Below, piece by piece: positions 14,313 to 25,200 of a stretch of DNA of 64,000 bases (the first letter of the stretch is position 1; each line of letters opens with the position of its first letter). The translations under genes and the position numbers were made by a program. Under the pieces are notes generated by a model, which worked only from the letters and a program-made list of their open reading frames with translations, had not been told where the DNA came from and did no database searches. This stretch comes from Bugula neritina (taxonomy: Eukaryota; Animalia; Bryozoa), in assembly GCA_964035545.1 (NCBI GenBank), contig OZ037767.1:23762628-23826627 (forward strand), in the 5' to 3' direction.

Positions 14313-17300
14313 ATGGAAGGACAATATAATTTACGCAGCCCTGGTTAGTGCATGTGAAATTGAAAAATTTGTTAATTGTATATAAGCATTTGGTGTTAGA
14401 TCAAGTTTAATAAATTACCAATGAGTTTGTAACGTATTAGATGTAAGCTGATTCAAGTGAAGATATATATGTTTACAATAAATATTTCATATTTATGAAG
14501 CAATTAATTTTATAAAATCACCCCAAATTTTCTGTAAAAAATATTTTGTTATTAAATTATTTCGTCATACAAACCTAAATTTTAACCAACACAATTTGTA
14601 GATGTTTTGCTGTTAATTTAGTTTGTTTTAAGCCTTAAGAAAATTTATAATATAAGTTTTCTCATAGATTTGTTTATAATATTATATTAATTGTAGCTGT
14701 TAAGCGCTTAATGAGAGAAGCTCAGGAGTTGTCTAACCCTACTGAACAGTACTTTGCTCAACCATTAGAAGTATGTGTGTTCATTTATTTGTAGTAATCC
14801 AGTTTATTGATTTTATAATAAAATTCTGCACAGATATTTTCTATTGTTTCGATTATTTGATATACAACTGTAGTTTTAACTTGTTTCTATTTTACATTAG
14901 GATAATCTATTTGAATGGCATTTTACAATTCGAGGGCCAAGTGATTCAGATTTTGACGGTGGGATATACCATGGCAGAATTATACTGCCACCTGATTACC
15001 CTATGAAGCCACCTTCTATAATGTTCCTCACAACAAATGGAAGATTTGAATGTTTCACTAAAATCTGTCTGAGCATCAGTAAACACCACCCTGAATCTTG
15101 GCAGCCCAGTTGGTCCAGTGAGTATTGACTGGTCTATGTAATCTACTTATAATCACCTTATCTAGTTTGTATCTATATAATCATCTTATCTTATGTTTAT
15201 TTTTATACTTAGCTAGTCTAGTGTGTTTCTATATAATCAACTAGTCTATATAATCAATTTATATCTACTCGTCTAGTGTGCGTCTATATAATCACCTTAT
15301 CTAGTCTGTCGGGTGTCTGTATAATCAAATTATCTAGGAAATATATGCAAAAACTAGTATAATATTTATATATACAATCTTATTTTTAGCCTCTATCTAT
15401 GCAATCAGCTATTCTAATTTGTATCTATATAATCAAGTAGTATAGTGTCTATCTATATAGGCATCTAGTCTAGCATGTGTCTATATAAGTATCTAGTCTA
15501 GTGTGTTTATATAACCAACTAGTTTGGTGTGTATTTCAGTAAGAACAGCTCTGCTGGCTATCATAGGGTTCATGCCCTCTCCTGGCCATGGTGCTATTGG
15601 CTCACTCGACTACACCCCTGCAGAAAGACAGCAACTTGCGAAAAAGTAAGAGCACCTCTTTCATCGACTCCCTACTCTTTCTCTCATCGTGGTGAAATAA
15701 ACATGACATTGAGTTCAAAACAGCAATTTTCTAACTAATTAATTTTCCCAATCAAACATAAATCTCAAACAGCTGAAGGAAACTGATTGGTAATAGACAT
15801 GTTCTATAGATAGCTAGCTATCATAGTTACTTGCTCTCTTATCTTAGTTGGAACTTTTCACTATTGCATCTTACTTGGATTACCCGGACTTTGCATTACT
15901 AAAAATGAAAAGAAAACTCCTAATTTGGAAGTATTTTTGTATGTCATTTATAAAATGAGTTCTAAAGACAAACTCTAGAATAGGAAAGAAAGTAAAGACA
16001 ATGTATCTTCATCATTTATGTAAAAGTAAATTTATTAAAGGTTATGTTTAAGGCTGCATGACATTGATGGGTTTTTTATCAAAATTTTGATTTGCTAACT
16101 CTTATCTTTATAGCCAGTGACTATGCTATACGGTTTATTGGTAAAAGGTACATTATTTCCTGATTGCATAGTCTGCAAGTTGAGATATGCACCGTATATA
16201 TATCTAGTGTGGTATTTAAAAGACATAGGAATCCACTCATTTACCACTGTTAAATGTTTATATAGTATTTGGTTGCTGTAATAGTTTTTTATACAATTTA
16301 TAACACATAAATACTAGTAAGTTGGAAGTGGAAGTTGCCCTGTAGGCAGTATGGTAAATGCAATATATGTATGTATATATATATATATATATGTATGTAT
16401 AAGTGCTCAATAAGCAGCCGTATTTGCTGTATACAGGTCAAGGACATACAAGTGTGAAATCTGTGGTAACGTGTGTGACAAAGTCTTGCCTCTCACATCA
16501 AAGTCTGAGGATTCAAGGCAGGAGATGATGGATCTTGCGGCTCAACTGTCTATGGTTGGTGAAAAGGAGAAGATATCTCGGCAGCAGGTAGTGTATATGC
16601 ATAAGATATCTCGGCAGCAGGTGGTGTATATGCATAAGATATCTCGGCAGCAGGTGGTGTATATGCATAAGATATCTCGGCAGCAGGTGGTGTATATGCA
16701 TAAGATATCTCGGCAGCAGGTGGTGTATATGCATAAGATATCTCGGCAGCAGGTGGTGTATATGCATAAGATATCGAAAGTTCGAATCTGTAGGAAATCT
16801 GCTTGTTAGTGAATGGTGACTCGCATATCTGCAAGTCATCTACAGACTGTTTAACTGTTCTTATAGAATTTCAAAATGATCATTTTTTGAATTTAGAATG
16901 TTTTAAATAGAAGAAATCTTCATTACCCTTGAAATAGTCTAAATAAATATCTATTTATATGTGACAATTTATAGCATTAACTTACCAACATGTGTGTTTC
17001 AATTTATTTAGAGAGAACTTGGTGACTGCATAGCCACTGCTCCCTCAACACCCTCAGCATCTTCTTTGAGTAACACAGCGGATCTTAGACAACGGATTAA
17101 TTCCAATAGTTCCGCAGAACCGGGTCAAGAAACCCCGGCTCCATCTACTGCACCTTCTGAGACAGCTACTGTTGCTGCTGCTAGTCCGGATTCAACTACA
17201 GCCGGGCCAGGTAACGCACCTGTTGTGGCTCACCAAGATTCCAGAAACTCGTGGGGAGATTTCATAACTTATTGGTCTCTTATTCTCATTGGTCTCAGCG

Positions 17301-17371
17301 TAGCTCTGTTGTTACTGCGGAGATTTGCCGTTAGTTATATGCACAGCTTTGGTGATGATGACGAGTTATAG
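14313..17371 (+). CDS. UBE2J1: Ubiquitin-conjugating enzyme E2 J1 (ER tail-anchored)
   Basis: Exons 14313-14343, 14697-14770, 14901-15117, 15540-15645, 16437-16587, 17012-17371. MEGQYNLRSPAVKRLMREA, QPLEDNLFEWHFTIRGP, catalytic KICLSISKHHPESWQPSWS, C-terminal TM. Upstream exon ends at 13643. Confidence 0.95.
15130..15525. repeat. Degenerate ~28-30 bp intronic minisatellite (CTAGTCTAGTGTGTNTCTATATAATCA)
   Basis: Imperfect tandem copies fill the UBE2J1 intron between 15118 and 15539. Confidence 0.65.
16570..16775 (+). repeat. 33-bp tandem repeat (6 copies plus partial) spanning a UBE2J1 exon-intron junction
   Basis: Unit AAGATATCTCGGCAGCAGGT(A/G)GTGTATATGCAT at 16570, 16603, 16636, 16669, 16702, 16735. 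Confidence 0.95.
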
Positions 17372-18568
17372 CAGTCAGCTATGGGGCCAAGTCAATAGTT
17401 TGGAGTTGTCTGATCTGCTATTGAATCGTCTTGGCAATCATAATTAATCTAGGTAATGAATAGTTATACCAGTTATATTCTCAAGTTACAATATACTCTA
17501 TAAAGCAAATATTTTACTAAGCTAAAGACAGTCGATTCTCTATTAGAACACAGTTTATATTGTTTAGTTTATATAGCATAAAATATAAAATATCTTCTCA
17601 GATGCTTTCTGAAAGTTCTCATAAACTAATATATGTATGATGACAACTTATGTTTATTCTTTTTATGTCAATATTTTTAAAGTAAAATTTAAAAAAAAAC
17701 AGTTGCCTGCACACCTTGCCTCTAGCTATATGATTGAACTCAATAAAATTATAGTCCAATACTGCATTCTAGTCTGCTAAAACAGTCTATTCAATGCTTC
17801 TGGTTTCCTTTATGTATGCAAGCATTATTTTCTTCTGACATCAAATTTTTATTCGAGAATAAGATATATGGTGAAAATCGTTTCAATATGATTTAATCTT
17901 ACACACACACCACTCACACACAAACCCATGCATCCGCTAAACATACAGTCTTTGAGCATTTTTTGGGGCGCACCATATATGGGGTCAACCATGAAGCCCA
18001 AATATCAATATTTGGTTGCTTGAATAACTAAAAATTAGTGCCTTGTCGTCATTTATTTGAATATAATAGCTTGAATAGAGAATAGCCAGTGAGCTGCAAT
18101 GTCTGGCACTCAAGCATTTGTTTTCTTTGCCTTATTTTAGTAATCTGGGGCATTATATTTTTTCTAAATGGTGCTAACTACAAAAGACGGTGTGTTTGAA
18201 TGTCGAAAAAAGTGCATGGTCATAGTTTACTTAAATCTTGCAAGTACAGCATAAATACAAGTTGTAGTGACAGTGATATTTGTTGGTCAAGGATGATGTA
18301 GGCATTTTTGTCGCTGAATAACTTTAAAATTTATTCTTGATAGTTCATACCATTAGCAATAAGCTTTGTGGCCGTCATTGATCAATTTACACCTCATTCA
18401 TTTCATTGTTCATAACAAAGATTTACATTCTTGCGGTTACCATTTTACCCCACTGCGCCTGCGACAGTAGTCTGCTGTTTACACTAGTTTGTTAATAATG
18501 ATTAATGCCTCTGCTGGCATACAGTCGGTATTCGCTGCGCAGTGCGGTAGGAGTAATCAGTCTCGCTC

Positions 18569-21500
18569 ATGATACAGTGTAGGCGTCTGTTCAAGATTTC
18601 CTGTTCGACGCTTATACTTACAAGAAATAATAAACAAAGAGTACTTCAAATGTCTTCAGCTGGTAAAGATACCAAGTATAATGCTATCAAAGGAGCATTT
18701 GTGAGAGGTGACTCTACCTTCAGAAACTGGATCAAAGGTAGATTTATAACTAAACCGTACCAACAATGGCAATGTCAATAGTAGCCTACCTACTGCTTAT
18801 TGCATTGACTGTTAGATTTAAGCACAAGTTTAGAGCAACGATTCTTTGACTTGGTTTACATAATTATTTTGCCTGATTAGTCCAAAGTTTGCACGTATAC
18901 CATATTTATATATTATCTCAGCTGATGGCAGCACTCAGTTTCCACCAGAAGCTAACAGATACCATCTCTATGTTAGTTATGCCTGTCCCTGGGCCAACAG
19001 AACTCTTATTCTCAGAAGCATGAAAGGTCTGCAAAAGATAATCACTGTTGATGTGGTTGATTGGCTGCTAGACATGAGCAAAGGGTGGCAGTTTAGCCCA
19101 GAGGTAGCTATAGATAAACCTGATTCAAAATTACCCAGTTTTTAAGTGACATGAAAGATTATGTGCAATATTTCTGTTGGTTTGTTTAGCTACTTAATTG
19201 ATCGGTTCACTAAAACCAATACTGCACAAAGATCCTTTTGCATGCAGAGCATGCTAAGCTGACTTATCGCATTTACTTATAGAAAAAAGGTTGCACGCCT
19301 GATACAGTCAAAGGCTGCAAGTCTCTCAGAGGTGTCTATGGCGGGGATGGTAAGATATAATAGTTATCTTCTAGTAGAGGCCATACTGATACTGTTATAC
19401 TGTCTTAAATGCATTGGTACCAGCTATTGTCATTGTAATGTTTATTTAGAACAGGGTTAAACCGAAAGAGTGTCATAAATAGGTACCATAACAAAACCCA
19501 AAAAGTGATACCAATTCGTTTAGAACGTTTACAAGTTCCTTTGGCTAAATAAAGCTAACATAAAGAGTAATATTATTATGATGTATTTAAAAGTGCTGAT
19601 CTGATTTTCATATTAAATTGTACAATCAGAAAGTTCATGTTTTGCAGGCTACACCGGCAAGGTAAGCGTCCCTGTCTTGTACGACAAGAAGATGAATGTG
19701 ATTGTTAACAACGAGTCCAGCGAGATTCTAAGGATGTTGAACTCAGAATTTAATGACTTCTGTGAGACACCTGAACAGCGTGATTTGAACCTCTACTCTG
19801 AGTCTCTGCGGGGGAAGATAGATGCCATCAATGAGTGGATCTACCCGTAAGTCTGTATTAACGTTTACAGTGTTTACCTCCCCATCTTTCATAAAGGTAG
19901 CTGCAGTAATGGAGAAATTGAGATAGCCCAAGTTCTTTACTTTTATTATTGAATTTTTGGTTTGGGGCAAGGGTTGAAATTTTTTATTCATGTTACATTT
20001 TTAATCTGGGGCACGTGCTTTTCTCAATTTCTCCATTGCTGCACCTACCTCGTTTATTTACTCTAAGCTATTTGCATTTCTCACATTGAAACTGAATAAG
20101 ACATTTTCGCACCAGTGAAGCTCAATATACACACCGGGTAGATCACTAATGATTTGAGCCAGAAAAGACATTGTCTAATGCGCTGCTTGCAAGAAAGTAC
20201 CTAAATTTACAAAAATATGCCTCATTCATATACACCATATAATATAAAACTATAATTTTTTATGGTTCTTGAACTGTCAAACTATTTTTTACATGTTGAA
20301 GATTTATGTGCCAAATGCCAATTGGCTAATGTTCTTACATAAAATGACGGCAGTTCCAGAGTTGTTATAAATAATATATTTTTCCGCAGGTTTCAGTATC
20401 TTATGAAGTTTTACTATGTTGACTTGAAACTCATTAAAGCTGAAGTAGTGGTAACTGTTCCTCAGTCAACATGTGTTGTTTGTACAGTTCAAGTTTTCAT
20501 ATTATGTTAATAACTTGTAGAATGGTAAACAATGGTGTTTATAAGTCTGGCTTTGCTAAATCTCAAGAGGCGTATGACGCAGCAGTAACTGAGTTGTTTC
20601 AAGCACTAGACCAGGTATATATTATCATTAGACCAGGTATATGTTATTATCATTAGACCAGGTTGTGCTACTCATTCTGTACTACTCACTCTGTACTAAT
20701 CACTCTCTACTACTCACTCTCTATCACTCACTCAGTACTACTCACTTTGTACTACTCACCCAGTGCTACTAACTCTGTACTAATCACTCTGTACTACTCA
20801 GTCCGTACTACTCACTAAGTACTACTCATTCTGCACTACTCATTCTGTACTACTCACTCTGTAGGTAGAGGAAATTCTCAGCAAGAACAGATACCTTACT
20901 GGAAATAGTTTGACTGAAGCTGATATCAGGCTGTTTGTCACGCTGGTCAGATTTGATGCTGTCTACGTACTTCACTTTAAATGTAACCGAAGAAGGATTG
21001 TGGGTGAGTGGCTTGATTACACGATTACTTTAATGTTCACTCATTTTAGTAGTGCAACAGCATATTTTGGTCCAAAAATTCAAAATAACTATAACTTGTG
21101 GTATTTTGAAGTAGCTATTGGAACTAATTTATTAATATAAAGTCACTGTTAGCTATAAGTTTATAGTATGTTGTACAGTACAGGTAGAAGCGTTATAATA
21201 TACAATTTCTTAATGTTCTATTTATTTTGCATGAAGCTGTTGACTACACATGTTTATGCTGTACTATTTAGACTATCCCAACATGTGGGGTTATGTAAAG
21301 GAAATATACCAGCTTCCTGGTGTGGCCGAAACTATAAATATGGAACATATTGTTAAACACTATCATGTAAGTTTTTATCACCCTTGTACAGCATGCTTAG
21401 CGTAGGGCCACACGACGCGTTTTTACACGTTCGTGGCGTGCGAGAAAACCCATTCAGACATGCCACACACAATGCGTGTGTTGCGAGTGAGGAAATTTAT

Positions 21501-22480
21501 TAGCTAATGATGTTAGCGTTAAACTTTACTGCTCGCCTACAGGCGTTTGTTTATATAAGACTACGTCCTCGGCAAAGTGACTTTAGATATTATAAAAGCG
21601 GAAATGCATTGTGTGTGGCATGTCTGAACGGGTTTTCTTGCACGTCACCAAAGTGTAAAGCTGGTCGTGTGGCCCTACGCTTAGTGTGCGTAATAATATG
21701 CAGATAGGACTACAGCACCTGTGAATGTAAACTTTCATCCTGCTTTTAGTGTAGAATATCATATGATACAGTAAACATAGTAAACGAGTAAATGTAATGA
21801 ACTCGCACAGCACCAGATCTCTTGGTAACTCGTTACTTCCTTATTCACTGTACCATTTATTAGCCCCTCAAAGGATAAGCTGATTGGCGCACTTATAATA
21901 ACAAGCCTATCTCTACTCAGAACTGATAGCTTTCATCATTATGTCTCTATGAATGTTAGTGCCGAAACTAAACAATCCCACCATTTCTGTATAAAACACA
22001 TTACTATGTCATTATACAATGACATAGTGATGTCTGCATTAACAATTCTATTTTTGATATACCAAATGACATACCAAACATTTTACTCATAGACACCACA
22101 ATGAATATTGACTGTTTTGTTGTGTAAAATGCCAGTATAATAGTAAAATAACTAGTAGCCTAAGCTGGTATTTGCTTTTTCATATCAGTATTTGCTTTTG
22201 ATGTTTGCTTTTAGTATCTTAAAATATCATAGAAGTATAATTCATAAATCTAAAGCATCAGTTTATAAGTATATAAAATGCAGTGTACCAATACTGTATA
22301 TAAACTGTATATATACTGTGTATAAACTGTATATAAACTGGATATATACTGTATATATATGACCTGTATAATTCCTAGTATACTTTGTAGATGAGTCACC
22401 CTTCTATCAACCCGTTCAGAATTGTTCCCATAAATCCTATAATTGACTTCAATGAGAAACATGGCAGAGATCAACTCTGA
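18569..22480 (+). CDS. Glutathionyl-hydroquinone reductase (GST Xi/omega-like; YqjG/ECM4/PcpF family)
   Basis: Exons 18569(or 18650)-18737, 18922-19103, 19283-19349, 19648-19846, 20521-20614, 20865-21003, 21272-21366, 22391-22480. Motifs [91 protein letters not shown]. Confidence 0.93.
19895..20050. mobile_element. Small MITE-like inverted-repeat element
   Basis: ~33-bp imperfect TIRs AGGTAGCTGCAGTAATGGAGAAATTGAGATAGC / GCTTTTCTCAATTTCTCCATTGCTGCACCTACCT. A related, decayed right arm lies at ~36091-36117. Confidence 0.65.
20606..20864. repeat. Triplicated donor (TAGACCAG|GT) followed by a 14-bp minisatellite (TACTACTCACTCTG) filling the intron
   Basis: GT at 20615, 20637 and 20662; the 14-mer array runs up to the acceptor at 20864. 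Confidence 0.85.
21400..21680. mobile_element. MITE, probably PIF/Harbinger (Tourist-like)
   Basis: Termini GCGTAGGGCCACACGAC / GTCGTGTGGCCCTACGC, imperfect inverted repeat extending ~75 bp, TTA duplication on both sides (21397-21399, 21681-21683). Confidence 0.85.
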
Positions 22481-23183
22481 GCATCCACTGGATATCAGTT
22501 ATTTAAGCTGGCATGTGTCTTAGAATGGATTAAATTTATTCATGATTATTTATTTGGCATATTGTGATGAAGTAAAGACAAATTGTTAATCATATTAGCT
22601 ACTTTAGTTTGATGTTACTAGCTGCAGGCTTATAATATGTTGAAAGAGTGTATTGTGGTTTAATAAATAATGTTAGTTTTCATTTTTGACATGAAGTTAT
22701 ACTCTACCAGGTTTCCTGGATAATTTATAGTTTTATATTGACGAGTGCTGTAAGCATAAGAATAAGAATGATAATAATAAGAGTGAATATTAGTATAAAC
22801 ATTTCAAATATCAACCTGTGTATAGCAGGTATAAATAAATATGTATATGTTAATAACTATGTATATATTATGTCTAGTTATGTGGTGTGTTCCTTAGATC
22901 AGTAAATGCAGACCTAGCCAGACTATTGATCCTAAAACTATATACGAAAGACCTACTAGTTACTAGTTACTGTATAAGTTGCAGCACTGAATGTGTATCA
23001 GAGGTAGAAGCTGCTGTGTTGCACATAAATTAAGGTCATGACATGTGTATATAATCTAACAACAAGTGCTGCATTCTGTTGATGAAATTATTATTTAAAA
23101 GTTATAATTTATATTTTCAAACCATAACATGATATGATATAATATATCATATTATATAACATAATATATTATATTATATAATA

Positions 23184-23397
23184 TAAAAACTCACGGAAGT
23201 TTATAGTCACTATCCCTGTGAGAAACCCCGGTGGAAAATTCTTTTGTTGAATAAGGCTAAGGACTTATTCAGATGAGGCACAGGAGCAATTATGACTTGA
23301 TGCTCTTCCTAACATCACCAATGGCCTTTGTTGGTTCTAACCCATGACTTGATGTTAAATAAGCGAACGCTCTGACCCCTAGACCACAGCTACTCCC
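23184..23397 (-). mobile_element. tRNA-derived SINE
   Basis: Minus strand begins GGGAGTAGCTGTGGTCTAGGGG (A box) ... GGTTAGAACC (B-box-like) and ends in a TA-rich tail. Partial copies at 9811 and 24315. Confidence 0.7.
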
Positions 23398-24314
23398 TAT
23401 TATATTATATATACATTATATGTATTATGATGAACACTGAACCATTATTGCACAATCTGATGAAATTGAGAATAGTGACTGACAGTCATTGCTATACAAA
23501 GAATTGTCTACACTCTACACTTAAATTACTGGGTGAGCAGAATAACTTACAGGTTTGATGAGTAAAGGTAACATAGGAAGTAGCCTGCATGTTTTAAGTA
23601 ATAAATCTAAGCACATAAATCATAGCAACCTAAGCATTACCATCATGTGCTACCTGCATGCAATTATGTGATATATTATTTAGCATTTATATTCCTAAGC
23701 ATTACAGTCTGCAAGTTATAGCTAGATACATATTCCTTCATAACAATATGCCAAAATAATTGGCACACGCATGCTAATGTTATAGGTTACCTGAATTAAC
23801 CTGGATATATGGGTAGTAGAGTAAGATAAATCTTGCTAGAAGATATCGTAATTTTTTTGAGCCGAGTAGTAAGTAATTGCGGTATAAATGTTTTTTCAAT
23901 TTTTATGTTAAATGGTTAATTTTGATGAAAACACTACAGTTGCTGCTAAAAAGTTTAAACAAAATAGTAATATCATAAATTTTAGTTGATTAAGATGTTA
24001 AATACAGATAATTTTTCTTCTTTCTCCTGCATTATTGCTATATCACTAAAGCGCTAGGACGGAATATTTCTAGTTTCAAGTTGATGTCAAACCAATCTAT
24101 AATGTCGCCCACATATTCTTTCTCTGCTTATGGTCAATATATAGTTAATATTTACTATTTATATTTGTGGTAATAACAACAAACTTGAAATACACTGCAT
24201 AATTAACAATAAACTGATCCCTGTCAAAACTGGCGTGGTTACAAGGGCTTGCAAGCAGGCTACAAACTGTGCCTCTTATCATGCTGGCAACATGGTTTGG
24301 GGACTTTCAAAGTA

Positions 24315-24400
24315 GCACAGGAGCGATTGTGACTTGATGCCCTTCTTGAAACCAGTAGGCCAGCACTCTAACCACTAGTGACCAGACTACAGCTGTTCCC
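24315..24400 (-). mobile_element. Internally deleted copy of the same SINE
   Basis: GCACAGGAGC.ATT.TGACTTGATGC.CTTC and CTCT.ACC.CTAG..AGAC.ACAGCT..TCCC shared with 23278-23397. Confidence 0.65.
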
Positions 24401-25200
24401 AATGCGCTGCATAATTAGCAATAATTTCAATCAATAATTTCTACTCAACGAAATTGAGATATGATGTACATTACAGCTAATGCGTGTTTAGTGTAAGTTG
24501 TAACATCGTTATTTTGCTAAAATTAACTTCTAGCACTATATTATGATGCTATATCACCTGTTACATTAAAATGATTAAATAAATTGTATTAGTAACGTTT
24601 TTGAACCCATGCTAACAGCGTTGGGTCATGTAATGTTTAAAATAGCATGTTGAGTGAGGCTACATGTAGCAAAGCTGAAGAGTTATCTACTTTCAAAATC
24701 ATGCGTTATATAAGGGTCAAGGTTGTAAAAGCCTCTGTTTTATAATATAAGATTACTTTTGGCGTGGTTTTATAAATGATAAATCATATTATAAATGTTA
24801 TCTATGCTAGTTATTAAAATGAACAAATGTATTTTTGATTATTAACCAGTATATTCATTGAATTTATCATACAAAATAATAGCTACCTAAACATAAAAAT
24901 ACTAAAGTAAAATTTAGTAACTCTAACTTTATATAATTTACGAAAACTTGTGCTTTGTGCTGGACTGGATTCTTGGGCTACACATCTACTTCTAGCTAGT
25001 AAATTAATCACGTTTTTACAGAAGTCGATTTTCGTGTTGCAATAGTTTGCCAAGTACAATTACATTTAATTTTATTAATAATAATAATATTATTGCAATA
25101 AGACCTCCCTGCACATATACAGTTAATTTCGTAACGGTTATTACTATAACTCTAAAGGGATATTATCCAGTTTTATAACTGCTAACAATATAAGCTCAAA

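Noticed and set aside
16471-16839. Repetitive ORFs on both strands and a CRISPR-like look
   Set aside because: Head-to-tail 33-bp repeat with no unique spacers, in a eukaryotic intron; the ORFs are by-products of the repeat.
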